Shown: piece after piece, positions 28,194 to 37,988 of the stretch | Layout of the letters: the number at the start of each line of letters is the position of its first letter | Numbering within the stretch: the stretch's first letter is position 1 | IMG/VR virus record: IMGVR_UViG_3300037780_000011 | Location: 1 to 55,806 of that record | Origin: a virus | Lineage: Duplodnaviria > Caudoviricetes | Length of the DNA: 55,806 bases | Direction: 5' to 3' (one strand) | Notes under the pieces: generated by a model | Database searches by the model: none | Told to the model about the DNA's origin: nothing | Seen by the model: the letters and a program-made list of their open reading frames with translations, nothing else | Program-made: the position numbers and the translations under genes

Positions 28194-29188
28194 TGCAAAC
28201 CACCTACATCCAACACTGCGGGTCCGACCTTATGGTGGCCAATGCAGCGCGTGTGTCGTTTGATAAGAAGCATGATGAGTTTGACGATGACAAGGACACC
28301 CGCTTGATCCGCTACCTGGCGCGTCATGGACATACCAGTCCCTTCAACCACACGTTCATCACGCTACACGTCAAGGCTCCTGTCTTCGTGGCGCGGCAAA
28401 TGGTAAAGCACCGTTTCATGATTTGGAACGAGGTGTCTAGGCGCTATGTTTCCGAGAGGCCAGAGTTCTATTATCCTGAAGTGTGGAGGATGGCTGCCGA
28501 AGACAAGAAGCAAGGCAGCAGCGAAGTCGCGTTTGACATAGACAAGTCATACCGTGAAAAGTATGGAACCAGACCGGACCAGTCTATCACGAATCGAAAA
28601 CTGACTAACTGGAGGAACGGTGCGAAGAGGAAAGGCATTGAGTTTAACCTTGAATACGATGACATCCCTTGGGTTACTCACTGCCCGATTTTAGGCGTTA
28701 AACTTGACTACGACAGGAAGGGACATGGTAACAATGGCCCGGATTCGCCATCGCTCGACAGAATCAACAATGAGAAAGGATACGTAAAAGGTAACGTCCA
28801 AGTCATATCCAGACTTGCGAACACGATGAAAAATTCTGCTACGCCAGAGCAAATACGGCAATTTTGCTTGAACATGCTTCCGAGATATGGTGTATTCAAC
28901 TCTGGATCAGACACGGTAGAAGATTACTGTGAGGGAGTGGCGGACACTTATGAGCGCCTTATTAAGGAGGGGCTTTGCCCTGAGCAAGCAAGAGGTATCC
29001 TGCCATTGAATCATTACACCCAATGGTATTGGTCTGGAACACTTGGAGCATGGGCAAGCATGTATAACCTTCGTGCAAAACCGGATGCACAGGCTGAAAC
29101 ACGCATGATCGCGGAGCAGGCTGGTTCATTGATTGAGCCGCTGTTTCCGGTAAGTTGGGGTGCTTTGACTGGAGACGCAAAACAATGA
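28193..29188 (+). CDS. thyX: Flavin-dependent thymidylate synthase with an in-frame HNH-type endonuclease-like insertion
   Basis: NAARVSF, HTSPF, VARQMVKHR...NEVSRRY, PEQARGILP and AQAETR motifs; about 120 extra residues at 28535-28906. Confidence 0.92.
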   Translation: MQTTYIQHCGSDLMVANAARVSFDKKHDEFDDDKDTRLIRYLARHGHTSPFNHTFITLHVKAPVFVARQMVKHRFMIWNEVSRRYVSERPEFYYPEVWRMAAEDKKQGSSEVAFDIDKSYREKYGTRPDQSITNRKLTNWRNGAKRKGIEFNLEYDDIPWVTHCPILGVKLDYDRKGHGNNGPDSPSLDRINNEKGYVKGNVQVISRLANTMKNSATPEQIRQFCLNMLPRYGVFNSGSDTVEDYCEGVADTYERLIKEGLCPEQARGILPLNHYTQWYWSGTLGAWASMYNLRAKPDAQAETRMIAEQAGSLIEPLFPVSWGALTGDAKQ

Positions 29189-29388
29189 CCTTCATTGACA
29201 AACTGGCCCGCAGCGAGATCGGGGACGAGATTATCTACCACGAGGGCTTCCACTGTGTTGACCGCGATGGCCACCGCATCCGCGAAGCCAAGGAAGCCTG
29301 GCGCGCGTATGTGAACGGGGATGTCCTGCTCTACCAGCGCCGGGTAGGTGTGGATCATTTGCAGTATTGTGCGCGTGTTATTCGATAA
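29185..29388 (+). CDS. Hypothetical protein
   Basis: ATGA coupling; GDEIIYHEG...LLYQRR. Confidence 0.6.
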   Translation: MTFIDKLARSEIGDEIIYHEGFHCVDRDGHRIREAKEAWRAYVNGDVLLYQRRVGVDHLQYCARVIR

Positions 29389-29400
29389 GGAGATGATGGG

Positions 29401-29739
29401 ATGACCGACAAGAAATGGACGCCGGGGCCCTGGGTTACGGAAATACTTACTGGATGTGACCCAAATGGCGACGAGTGGGAAACAGACATTGAGGTTTCGT
29501 CTACCTGTGGAAAGCACATACACGGCTACGATCTTGGCTACAACGAAGATGTTGATTTAGAAATAAAGGCCAACGCCCACCTAATCGCAGCAGCCCCCGA
29601 CCTCTACGATGCGTTGGAGGCGGCAGAGGAAAGCATTGTGGCGTTCGTGGAAGGCGTGGGCATTTATGGATGTATCGGTGCAAATGACATTCTGGTTCAA
29701 GTGCGCACAGCTATGGCCAAAGCACGAGGTGAGACATGA
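29401..29739 (+). CDS. Hypothetical protein (TPGPW...ANAHLIAAAPDL family)
   Basis: Recurrent phage early-gene motif; AAGGAG RBS. Confidence 0.7.
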   Translation: MTDKKWTPGPWVTEILTGCDPNGDEWETDIEVSSTCGKHIHGYDLGYNEDVDLEIKANAHLIAAAPDLYDALEAAEESIVAFVEGVGIYGCIGANDILVQVRTAMAKARGET

Positions 29740-30020
29740 TCTATTTCCTTGGAGCAATTGCGATTGTAGCGTGGATTTGCCTTGTTGTTTATGCCTTCTT
29801 CCTGATAAATGAAGACAAGTTCAACGCAGGCGGAATCCTGCTGTGTGCTTGGCTTGTTGTGACAATCGTAATCGTGACACTTGGTGTTAACACGGATAAC
29901 GACCAAGGCCCCTGTCTGCGCTATGAGACAGGAACACATTACAACCCTGCAACACGGACCATAGCGCCGTATCGGCGATGCGTAGAGCGCGGTGAATGGA
30001 TTGGAGATACTGGACAATGA
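29736..30020 (+). CDS. Membrane protein with two TM helices
   Basis: Two hydrophobic segments; ATGA coupling. Confidence 0.6.
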   Translation: MIYFLGAIAIVAWICLVVYAFFLINEDKFNAGGILLCAWLVVTIVIVTLGVNTDNDQGPCLRYETGTHYNPATRTIAPYRRCVERGEWIGDTGQ

Positions 30021-30187
30021 CTTCAGAAACACCAAGAACACACCCTGATGTGGTTGCTAAAGAAATGTTACAAGTAGCACAGAAGCACGATTATGGGGTC
30101 ACAGTATTAGAACTGTCTTGGTTAACAGGAATAACAGGGACTCCGGTAATGAAATTGCGGTATTCAGCCATGGACGAATCCAAATGA
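30017..30187 (+). CDS. Hypothetical protein
   Basis: ATGA coupling; GGAG RBS. Confidence 0.5.
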   Translation: MTSETPRTHPDVVAKEMLQVAQKHDYGVTVLELSWLTGITGTPVMKLRYSAMDESK

Positions 30188-30281
30188 CCCGCTTCCTATA
30201 CTGGTTCTACGCCGAGTGCCCCGCATGGTATTCCGTGCCGGTTGTGCTGTTCCTGCTCATGCTGGGTGTGGAGGCGCTTCT

Positions 30282-30422
30282 GTGAACGAACGCGAACGAG
30301 ACGAACGAGACCTGCAAATCCTGCGGGCATTGGATGAAGGTGCAACCCGCGCTGGTGTGGCGCGTGCCTACAGGGTGTCGTTGCAATACATCGCAAAACT
30401 TGTGAGGGAGTCGAGGGGATGA
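30282..30422 (+). CDS. Small HTH protein
   Basis: ERDLQILRAL...TRAGVARAYRVSLQYIAKL; GGAGG before a GTG start. Confidence 0.6.
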   Translation: MNERERDERDLQILRALDEGATRAGVARAYRVSLQYIAKLVRESRG

Positions 30423-30515
30423 ACGCAGACAAAATGCTAATGGGGATGTTTTTCCTATACATGCTCGGCCTCGGCACAGGCATTTCTGTTGGCTATTCGG
30501 TATGGGGGTGGTGAT

Positions 30516-30689
30516 ATGCCTAAAGTAGACATTGACTACGAAACGCTGGACGAAATTATGGTTGTTGGTCTGAAAGACATGCTCAAAACGATGAATGAGA
30601 TATATCGTGAAGAGAAAGACCTAGACGACAAAGAGGACCGCGCAAAATATGTTGACGCTCTGGAACGTGTGTTGAGGCTTTACGAATGA
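30516..30689 (+). CDS. Hypothetical protein
   Basis: MPKVDIDYE...; coupled to the next gene. Confidence 0.5.
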   Translation: MPKVDIDYETLDEIMVVGLKDMLKTMNEIYREEKDLDDKEDRAKYVDALERVLRLYE

Positions 30690-30874
30690 CCCACCTGAAC
30701 GGCAACCGGGAGCGCGTTCTGGAGATGACGCTGGCCAATGACAAGGCCAAGAAAATCGCAGACGAGTTGGGTATTGCGCTATCGACCGTCTACGTCCATC
30801 AGCACGTCCTGCGTAAGCAGGGGCGGCTACCTGCATTGCCGAAGAAGCGGAAAAAGAAGGGGAAGAAGAAATGA
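30686..30874 (+). CDS. Small LuxR-like HTH protein with a basic tail
   Basis: AKKIADELGIALSTVYVH. Confidence 0.7.
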   Translation: MTHLNGNRERVLEMTLANDKAKKIADELGIALSTVYVHQHVLRKQGRLPALPKKRKKKGKKK

Positions 30875-31080
30875 CACAAGAATGGCAACCGATTGAGACG
30901 GCTCCGAAGGATGGGACGTGGGTAGCCGTTGTGGTGGACGACTGCAGACCAGATGTCGCCAGATACGACCAAGGACGCTGGGAAACAATTGCCGACGCCT
31001 TGGATTGGCAAAAATATGGTCATGACGAATGGCCGTTGACCCACTGGATGCCACTACCGGAGCCGCCAAATGCAACTTGA
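30871..31080 (+). CDS. DUF551-like protein
   Basis: WQPIETAPKDGT...THWMPLPEPP. Confidence 0.8.
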   Translation: MTQEWQPIETAPKDGTWVAVVVDDCRPDVARYDQGRWETIADALDWQKYGHDEWPLTHWMPLPEPPNAT

Positions 31081-31574
31081 CCCCAAAGACTACACATCCG
31101 CAGCCTGCGCAGACGCGCTGGTGGAGGGGCTGACCCTGTATGCATTGCAGGCGGCACATGACGTTGCTGATAGCCCGCAGGAGTTCTTCTGGGCCGTCCA
31201 GGGCGCTATTCTGTTGAAGGAGGTGACGGATGCCAACACTTGACGCCATCATCGCCGCCGCCTCCCTGTGGGGGCTTGCGCTTACAGCCGCATGGCTGCT
31301 TGTGCGCTATGTTATGCGGTGGGGCTGGGTTATCCCGGTTACGCTTGTGGTTGTCACGTTGATTTTTGTTACGGCTGCCATGCTGTCGTGAAATTGGAGA
31401 GGGATAAATGATGTTTACATTTGAAGGTTTGTTTTCTGGTCTCGTAGCAACTATTGGAGTGTGCATGTTTTGTATGCTAATGATTTCCTTCGTAAAGATT
31501 TTTGGCAGATCATTCTTGATTAACCTTTTATTTTTTGCGCCAGTATTTTTGATTGCTGCTTGGGTATTCTCCCA

Positions 31575-32096
31575 ATGATCTCCGCAGATGACATCGCCGC
31601 GTTTGAGCGGCCTAAGCTTTTGATCTTAGGTGCAGCACGTCACGGCAAGGACACCGTGGCTGAAATCCTGGCGCGCAAATACGGGTTCCGGTTTACATCG
31701 TCGTCCGAGTTCGTCGGGCGCGAGATCATCTGGGACGATTGGGGTAAACGGTTCTACCCAGACTTCGACGCCATGTTCGCTGACCGGGTGAACCACCGTG
31801 AACTGTGGATGCGGATGATCTCGCTCTACAACACACCGGACAAAACCCGCACCGCACGCACGATGCTGGCACGCGGTTACGATATGTATGTGGGTATGCG
31901 GCGTATGGACGAACTGTCTGCTTCCCGTCACCTGTTTGAATACGTGATCTGGGTCGAGCGCGCTGGTTTCCCACCAGAGACCGGCAGTATGGACATCACG
32001 AAAGAACTGGCGAAGCCGGACTACGTGATCCACAACGGAGGCACGCTGGAAGAACTGGAAGCATCGGTAGACGTTGTTGCGCGCCAAATCATGTGA
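31575..32096 (+). CDS. Deoxynucleoside monophosphate kinase-like P-loop protein
   Basis: LILGAARHGKDTVAEIL and DYVIHNGGTLEEL. Confidence 0.75.
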   Translation: MISADDIAAFERPKLLILGAARHGKDTVAEILARKYGFRFTSSSEFVGREIIWDDWGKRFYPDFDAMFADRVNHRELWMRMISLYNTPDKTRTARTMLARGYDMYVGMRRMDELSASRHLFEYVIWVERAGFPPETGSMDITKELAKPDYVIHNGGTLEELEASVDVVARQIM

Positions 32097-32108
32097 CATA
32101 ATAGCCAC

Positions 32109-33596
32109 ATGCAACTGACACCTGAGCAAATCCTTGAGCACGGACCGGAGGCCCTACAGAAAGTCAGGGCGGAACTTGCGCGTAGGAGCCTGCTGGAGTT
32201 CACACGGCAGGCGTGGCCTATCTTGGAACCGGGTGTCAAGATGAAAGAAGGATGGGCTATCGAGGCCATCTGCGAACATCTTGAAGCGGTTATACGCGGT
32301 GAGATCAAACGCCTCGTCATCAACATTCCGCCTGGAGCAATGAAGTCGCGGCTGACCCGCGTGATGCTTCCTTTACATCTATGGACGCAGAAGCCGTGGT
32401 CACGGGTTATCGGAGCGTCATACGCACTTAGCCTCAGCGAGCGAGACAACTACTATGCACGGACCATCCTGCAAACCGACTGGTATCAGCAGAACTTCGG
32501 TGTCTCGATCTCGTCAGAACAAGGCGCAAAAGTGAACTTCGACAACTCTCACATGGGTGGTCTACGCGCCATGTCGGTTGGCGGTGCAACGACCGGCTTC
32601 CGTGGCGACCTGTTGATCCTTGATGACGCCCACAACGCTTCTGAAGGTGAATCCGACGCTAAGCGATCAGAAGCCGTCCAATGGTTCCTTGAAACATTCC
32701 AGACCCGTGTGAACGACCTAGACAACAGCCCGATTATAGTTGTGGGACAGCGTATCCACGAGGAGGACGTGTATTCCACGGCCATTGAACTCGGATACGA
32801 ACACCTGAACATCCCGATGGAATGGGAAGAAGAGCAGCGCAAGACCACGAGCATCGGCTGGACGGACCCGCGCACTGAGGAAAACGAGTTGATGTGGCCG
32901 GAACGGTTCAGTGCAGAAGCCGTCGAGAGATTAAAAGCGGCGCTCGGCCCATACGCTGCGTCGGCGCAACTACAACAGCGTCCCGTCCCCCGCAAAGGCG
33001 GACTGATCCAAGTGGACAACATCCGCATTATTGATGAGTTGCCAGATGAGAACTTCATCGCCGTGCGAGCATGGGACTTGGCTGGCAGCGAAGGAAAGGG
33101 GGCATACACGGTCGGCACAAGACTCCTGTGGGGAGAGGCAAGCCAGCAGTTTTATGTCGCGGACATCCAGCGCAAGCAGTTGGGCGGTGGTGGCGTGCGA
33201 GACCTGATTCAGCGTATGGCGGATGAAGACGGGATCACCACGAAAATCGTCATACCGCGCGACCCCGGACAGGCCGGTAAGGCCCAGTCGGAAGACATCG
33301 CAGCGCAGTTGCGTGGATACAGCGTCAAGGTCGAAGCACAGTCCGGGTCGAAGGAGTTGCGCGCGGAGCCTTTTGCCTCGCAGGTCGAGATCGGAAAGGT
33401 CAATGTTCTCAATAGGACATGGACGAAAGCATGGCTGGACGAGTTGCGGTTCTTCCCAAAGGGAAAATACAAGGATCAGGTTGACGCAACGGCTTCTGCC
33501 TTTAACGAACTCGCAGCGATGACACGACGCGGCAGGAAGACACCACAGTTGTCGCTGGTTGGCTCCAAACAAGACAATGTTTTCAAAGTGGCATAA
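32109..33596 (+). CDS. terL: Terminase large subunit
   Basis: INIPPGAMKS (Walker A), LLILDDAH (Walker B), RAWDLA and KDQVDA nuclease acidic residues. Confidence 0.95.
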   Translation: MQLTPEQILEHGPEALQKVRAELARRSLLEFTRQAWPILEPGVKMKEGWAIEAICEHLEAVIRGEIKRLVINIPPGAMKSRLTRVMLPLHLWTQKPWSRVIGASYALSLSERDNYYARTILQTDWYQQNFGVSISSEQGAKVNFDNSHMGGLRAMSVGGATTGFRGDLLILDDAHNASEGESDAKRSEAVQWFLETFQTRVNDLDNSPIIVVGQRIHEEDVYSTAIELGYEHLNIPMEWEEEQRKTTSIGWTDPRTEENELMWPERFSAEAVERLKAALGPYAASAQLQQRPVPRKGGLIQVDNIRIIDELPDENFIAVRAWDLAGSEGKGAYTVGTRLLWGEASQQFYVADIQRKQLGGGGVRDLIQRMADEDGITTKIVIPRDPGQAGKAQSEDIAAQLRGYSVKVEAQSGSKELRAEPFASQVEIGKVNVLNRTWTKAWLDELRFFPKGKYKDQVDATASAFNELAAMTRRGRKTPQLSLVGSKQDNVFKVA

Positions 33597-33636
33597 AAGC
33601 CCTATACTACGCGCAACAAGCGCATAGGACTCATAA

Positions 33637-34923
33637 ATGGCACGCCAATTTCAGGAACTCGGGGTAGCGTCGGATTCTCGCCCGGATTGGGGAATCAGGA
33701 ATGACGAGTTCGTTGTCCAGCTTCGTGGGCGACAGGGCATCAAGAAGTATAGGGAGATGGCTGAGAATGACCCCATCATCGGGGCCATCTTGACAGCCCA
33801 GACCATGATGCTGCGGTCTATCGAGTGGCGCGTCGAGGAGGGGTCGGAAACTGCTGTCGAGTTCGTCCGTAGCGTCATGCACGGTATGGACGACAAGTCA
33901 TGGGAGGAGTTCGTCGCAGATGTCCTGACCATGCTCCCATACGGCTTCAGCCTGTTCGAGATGGTTCCGCGACGGGATAGTGATGGCCTTGTCCGTATGA
34001 AAAAACTGGCGTCCCGTGCTGCGTGGACGATTGACAGGTTCGAGACCACGGAAACCGGCGACATCAAGGGCGTGTGGCAGGTTGCAGCGCAGAAGAACGT
34101 CTACATCCCGTATAATAGACTGTTGCATTTCCGCACCACTTCTGCGGCCAACGAGCCTTCAGGCCGTTCTGTGTTACGTTCTGCCTACACTTCATGGCAC
34201 GCCGCGAACAACATCAAGTATTTTGAAGGGGTTGGCATCGAGCGCGAGTTGAACGGTCTGCCTATCTGGTCAATCCCCGGCGAGTGGTTCTCCAGTGACG
34301 CGCCAGACTGGCAAAAGAACTTCATCTCGGAGGCGAAACGTATCGGACGCGACGTGAAGCGCAACGAGCAGGGATTCATTGCTGTCCCGTCAGACCTGTG
34401 GGCCGAAGATGATGGTAAGCTGACCAATTCACCGATGGTCAAGTTTGACCTGATCGCGTCCAAGGGCACCCGTGACATCGACACCGGAAAGGTCATCACT
34501 CGTTACCAGCAGGAAATGGCTATGTCCTGTATGGCTGATTTCGTGATGCTTGGTATGAACGACCGTGGGTCTTTTGCGCTGTCAAAATCCAAGGCTGACC
34601 TGTTCCTGAAGGCGCTGGAAGGTTACGCTGACACGATTTCCGCGCAGTTGAACCGGAAACTGCTGCCCTATCTGTGGGAGTTAAACGGCATGAACAAGGA
34701 TGACATGCCGAAGATCGTGCGTGGCCGGATCGCGCCCGTGGACCTTGAAGAACTCGGCACGTTCATCCAGCGTCTTGCGCTGTCCGGTGTGGACCTGTTC
34801 CCAGACGACCGCCTAGACAAGCACCTGCGCGACGTTGCTGGCCTCCCTGAAGGTGACCCAGACAGGCCGCGCCCTAATGCTGTGGCGCAGGAGGCGGAAG
34901 GTAATGACCCAACCATGGCCTGA
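33637..34923 (+). CDS. Portal protein (DUF935-like)
   Basis: Follows terL; PYGFSLFE, NEPSGRSVLRSAY and GSFALS motifs. Confidence 0.9.
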   Translation: MARQFQELGVASDSRPDWGIRNDEFVVQLRGRQGIKKYREMAENDPIIGAILTAQTMMLRSIEWRVEEGSETAVEFVRSVMHGMDDKSWEEFVADVLTMLPYGFSLFEMVPRRDSDGLVRMKKLASRAAWTIDRFETTETGDIKGVWQVAAQKNVYIPYNRLLHFRTTSAANEPSGRSVLRSAYTSWHAANNIKYFEGVGIERELNGLPIWSIPGEWFSSDAPDWQKNFISEAKRIGRDVKRNEQGFIAVPSDLWAEDDGKLTNSPMVKFDLIASKGTRDIDTGKVITRYQQEMAMSCMADFVMLGMNDRGSFALSKSKADLFLKALEGYADTISAQLNRKLLPYLWELNGMNKDDMPKIVRGRIAPVDLEELGTFIQRLALSGVDLFPDDRLDKHLRDVAGLPEGDPDRPRPNAVAQEAEGNDPTMA

Positions 34924-35641
34924 ACGCCTGTGGCGCACGAATAACGCGGCTGACATAGCCCGTGGGAACGTGCCGGGGTCTACGCCGTTCACGTCCTTTG
35001 GGGAGAAGGTTGTCACGGGATCAGGCGCGAGCATCGTCTGGCAAACTGGTATGCCGACGACTCTTACGGTGCCTGACAACATCCAGCTTACGCTTGTCTC
35101 CACATCGGCAAGCGACACTGGCGACATCGTTATACGCTACCTTGACGGAAACCTGATCGAGCGTCACGAGACAGTGACGTTGAACGGCACAACATCAGTC
35201 ACGACAACGGCAACCGACATTCGCGCTCTTAACAACGCCTATTCCAAGTTCGGCCCGGTTAATGGAACCATCACCATGACGAGTGGTGGAACCACCTACG
35301 GGCGTATGTCCGCTGGTGACATCCAATTCCACACGTCCATGATCCGGGTTCCTGCGAACAAACGCCTGATGCTTACGGGCCTGTATGCAGGTTCGGCGTC
35401 TGGTTCGTCAGACAGCAAGGTTATCGTCAGCCTTGTCACGTCCTTCATCAACGGCGACAGTTTCGCGGAAGACGGGTATCTGCATCCGCTCGCGGCTGTT
35501 GCCATTCAGGACGGTTCTGCAACCTTCCCGAACTTTGGCCCTTTCCCAATTCCTGCTGGCGAATGGGTTGGGTTCCGCGCCAAGTGGGACAAGGCGGCTG
35601 ACATCACAGCAGGTTTCTTCGGGTATTTGGAAAACGCTTGA
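34904..35641 (+). CDS. Beta-rich virion-associated protein
   Basis: GGAGG RBS before the ATG at 34904; Thr/Gly-rich (ETVTLNGTTSVTT). Confidence 0.65.
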   Translation: MTQPWPERLWRTNNAADIARGNVPGSTPFTSFGEKVVTGSGASIVWQTGMPTTLTVPDNIQLTLVSTSASDTGDIVIRYLDGNLIERHETVTLNGTTSVTTTATDIRALNNAYSKFGPVNGTITMTSGGTTYGRMSAGDIQFHTSMIRVPANKRLMLTGLYAGSASGSSDSKVIVSLVTSFINGDSFAEDGYLHPLAAVAIQDGSATFPNFGPFPIPAGEWVGFRAKWDKAADITAGFFGYLENA

Positions 35642-35666
35642 CGAATCGAGTGGGGTGTGGTTAGTA
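35637..35666 (+). promoter_or_regulatory. Promoter of the CTTGACGAATC class (copy 1), upstream of the structured RNA cluster
   Basis: Identical 11-mer at four intergenic sites; TTGACG -35-like hexamer with an overlapping GANTC. Confidence 0.65.
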
Positions 35667-35672
35667 GGCAAA

Positions 35673-36050
35673 TGAGACGCGGCGGGTATCGCAGCCCGTA
35701 AGGAAGAACCCCCGGCCAAAACTTGCGAGGCGCAAGGGGGCTAGACGGAAAAGGTGCGGGAAAGGCCCGCACGCGCAACGCGAAACGCGCCCGTTGACCT
35801 ATACCGCGTCTCAACATATCCGCCTTTCTGGCGGTGTCAGGGACGGAAGTTGTAAGCCCGTAGAGCGTTTCAAACGCCACCTGACACCACCTGAGACGCG
35901 GCCTGTAAGTCGCCTGGATACCGGGTGCGTTAATGGATTGGGCTTAACCCGGTCGGCCCGCGTCTCAACAAGTTCAGGGGGGCCTTCGGGCTTGTTCACG
36001 CTGCTAAAGCTCCACCGGGACGTGACACACGCCCTACCCGGTGGGGCACC
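35673..36050 (+). ncRNA. Cluster of 4-5 structured non-coding elements, four closed by acceptor-like helices
   Basis: TGAGACGCGG...CCGCGTCTCAACA occurs twice; GGTGTCAGG/CCTGACACC; GCTCCACCGGG/CCCGGTGGGGC; many internal hairpins; no credible ORF. Confidence 0.7.
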
Positions 36051-36056
36051 TTCACA

Positions 36057-36085
36057 TTGACCCCCGCATCGCCACCCGTCATAAT
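36057..36085 (+). promoter_or_regulatory. Sigma70-type promoter for the phoH operon
   Basis: TTGACC-N17-CATAAT. Confidence 0.7.
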
Positions 36086-36115
36086 CGCACCAACGCCATG
36101 CGAACAAGGTGAGGT

Positions 36116-36820
36116 ATGACGCAGCAGCGCCCCAAGACCCGCACGACGAAAAGAACAACAACCTACAAAGGCGCAGACAAGGCCAAACCCATAGAAATCC
36201 TACCAAGAAATGAACGCCAGAAGGCGTATCTTGACGCGCTGGTGAAAGCGGATCAGGTTATCGTTTGTGGGCCAGCAGGGACAGGCAAGACTTACGTTGC
36301 AGCGTCCCATGCAGCAAGTCTCTACAATACTAAGCAGATCGACAAGATAATCATTACGCGCCCTCATGTGGAGGTAGGTAAGGGTATCGGTTTCCTGCCA
36401 GGAGACCTGACCGAAAAAGTCCTGCCGTGGGCCTTGCCTGTTCTTGATGTTCTTGAGCAGCACCTTGGTAAGGGCAAGGTCGAGACAGCGATCAAAAATG
36501 GCAATATCGAGATTGTTCCGCTCGCACTGATTCGTGGGCGCAGTTTTGACAATGCACTCATCATCGTAGACGAGGCGCAGAACCTAACCGTTCCAGAGAT
36601 GAAAGCCATGCTGACCCGCGTCGGTGAAAACAGTCAGATCGTGCTGGATGGCGACGTAGAGCAGACGGACCTGAAAGAAACCAGCGGACTTGCGAAAATT
36701 GTGCATCTTGCTAAGAAATACTCCTTGCCAATCCCGGTGATTGAGTTCACTATCGAGGATGTTGTTCGTTCCGACATCTGCAAGCAATGGCTCCAGGTGT
36801 TCAAAGATGAGGGGATATGA
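36116..36820 (+). CDS. phoH: PhoH family ATPase
   Basis: GPAGTGKT, IGFLPGDL, RGRSF, DEAQN and DVVRS. Confidence 0.95.
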   Translation: MTQQRPKTRTTKRTTTYKGADKAKPIEILPRNERQKAYLDALVKADQVIVCGPAGTGKTYVAASHAASLYNTKQIDKIIITRPHVEVGKGIGFLPGDLTEKVLPWALPVLDVLEQHLGKGKVETAIKNGNIEIVPLALIRGRSFDNALIIVDEAQNLTVPEMKAMLTRVGENSQIVLDGDVEQTDLKETSGLAKIVHLAKKYSLPIPVIEFTIEDVVRSDICKQWLQVFKDEGI

Positions 36821-37422
36821 TGCGCGAAATGCAAAGGGTTGCGGCTCTTTTCGTTCACAAAGACGGTCCATATGGCCACATGGATGGAGTTGATTTCTGG
36901 GGCATTGAACAGGACGCAAGAAAGTATGATGGGGGACACCCCGTTGTCGCACACCCACCATGCGCCAGGTGGGGGAAACTCGCCCCTATAAACCACGCCA
37001 GATGGGGAACTCCAATCGGAGAGGATGATGGATGTTTTGAGTCTGCGTTGTCCTCTTTGCGCCGCTGTGGTGGAGTTTTGGAGCATCCGGCTGGTAGTAT
37101 AGCTTACAGGCACTTCAACCTGCAAAAACCAAAAGGTAACTTCTGGAACAAGTGCGGGGATAACGAATGGGTAGGTGAGGTTTATCAGTCCATATATGGA
37201 CACAGGGCAACCAAAAAGACCTGGTTATATTACGTTGGCGACCGCGAGCCGATTGAGTTTACTACTGGGCGCAAGAAAGGAACTCACCAAGTCGGAGGCG
37301 GTGTAAACACGGGACACAATCAGAAACCAAGGCTTCCGTCTTCGGAATCGCATCTTACGCCAATTCTTTTTGCTGAGTATTTGGTTGCTCTTGCGAGACA
37401 TTCAAAAGGAGACAGCAAATGA
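36817..37422 (+). CDS. Compact DNA cytosine methyltransferase-like protein
   Basis: VAALF, VVAHPPC (motif IV-like), VLEHP (motif VI-like), GHRATKKTWL. Confidence 0.65.
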   Translation: MMREMQRVAALFVHKDGPYGHMDGVDFWGIEQDARKYDGGHPVVAHPPCARWGKLAPINHARWGTPIGEDDGCFESALSSLRRCGGVLEHPAGSIAYRHFNLQKPKGNFWNKCGDNEWVGEVYQSIYGHRATKKTWLYYVGDREPIEFTTGRKKGTHQVGGGVNTGHNQKPRLPSSESHLTPILFAEYLVALARHSKGDSK

Positions 37423-37904
37423 CCACCTACATCCAACAAGCCACCCGCACCGAGAGCTTGCAATTCAACGCAGGCAGTCCGCGCTTGCTGCACGCGACAC
37501 TGGGTATCGTGACGGAACTCATGGAATACGAGGATGCCGTTGACGATAACAACGCGCTGGAAGAACTTGGAGACATCTACTGGTATGTCGCTATCGCGGC
37601 GGACGAGTTGGGTCTAACGTTTGACGAGTTAAAGGATCATGGCGCACCAAAAGAACTTTCTTACCATGGGATCGTCGGAGGTCTCTGCGATGTCATGAAG
37701 CGATCCTGCTTCTACGGTGTGCAGACGGACATTCCGCGTTTCACGAAGTATATCGGAACGCTACTGCACTGGCTCGATTGGGCCTGCAAAATGAACGACA
37801 CCACACCGGAAGAACTCATGGCCGCTAATATCGCCAAATTGCGCAAGCGGTTCCCTGAGAAGTTCACCACGCAGGACGCGGTTGCGCGGCGGGATCAGGT
37901 GTAG
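37419..37904 (+). CDS. MazG-like NTP pyrophosphohydrolase
   Basis: LHATLGIVTE...EELGDIYWY...NIAKLRKRFPEKF. Confidence 0.8.
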   Translation: MTTYIQQATRTESLQFNAGSPRLLHATLGIVTELMEYEDAVDDNNALEELGDIYWYVAIAADELGLTFDELKDHGAPKELSYHGIVGGLCDVMKRSCFYGVQTDIPRFTKYIGTLLHWLDWACKMNDTTPEELMAANIAKLRKRFPEKFTTQDAVARRDQV

Positions 37905-37988
37905 AAACCACACAATTTACCACTAGACCCGCGCCTACCTGATTTGGTATTCAGGGGGTTCGTTTAACTCTACATAGAAGGAGATAAC

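Noticed and set aside
28535-28906. Intein or group I intron in thyX
   Set aside because: No Cys/Ser start with a His-Asn end at the borders, the frame is uninterrupted, and the length leaves no room for a ribozyme core.
35673-36050. Second TIGR array
   Set aside because: The CCR-N9-AG-N4-CCR-N9-AG spacing is not met on either strand; only one partial half-match occurs in element 3.
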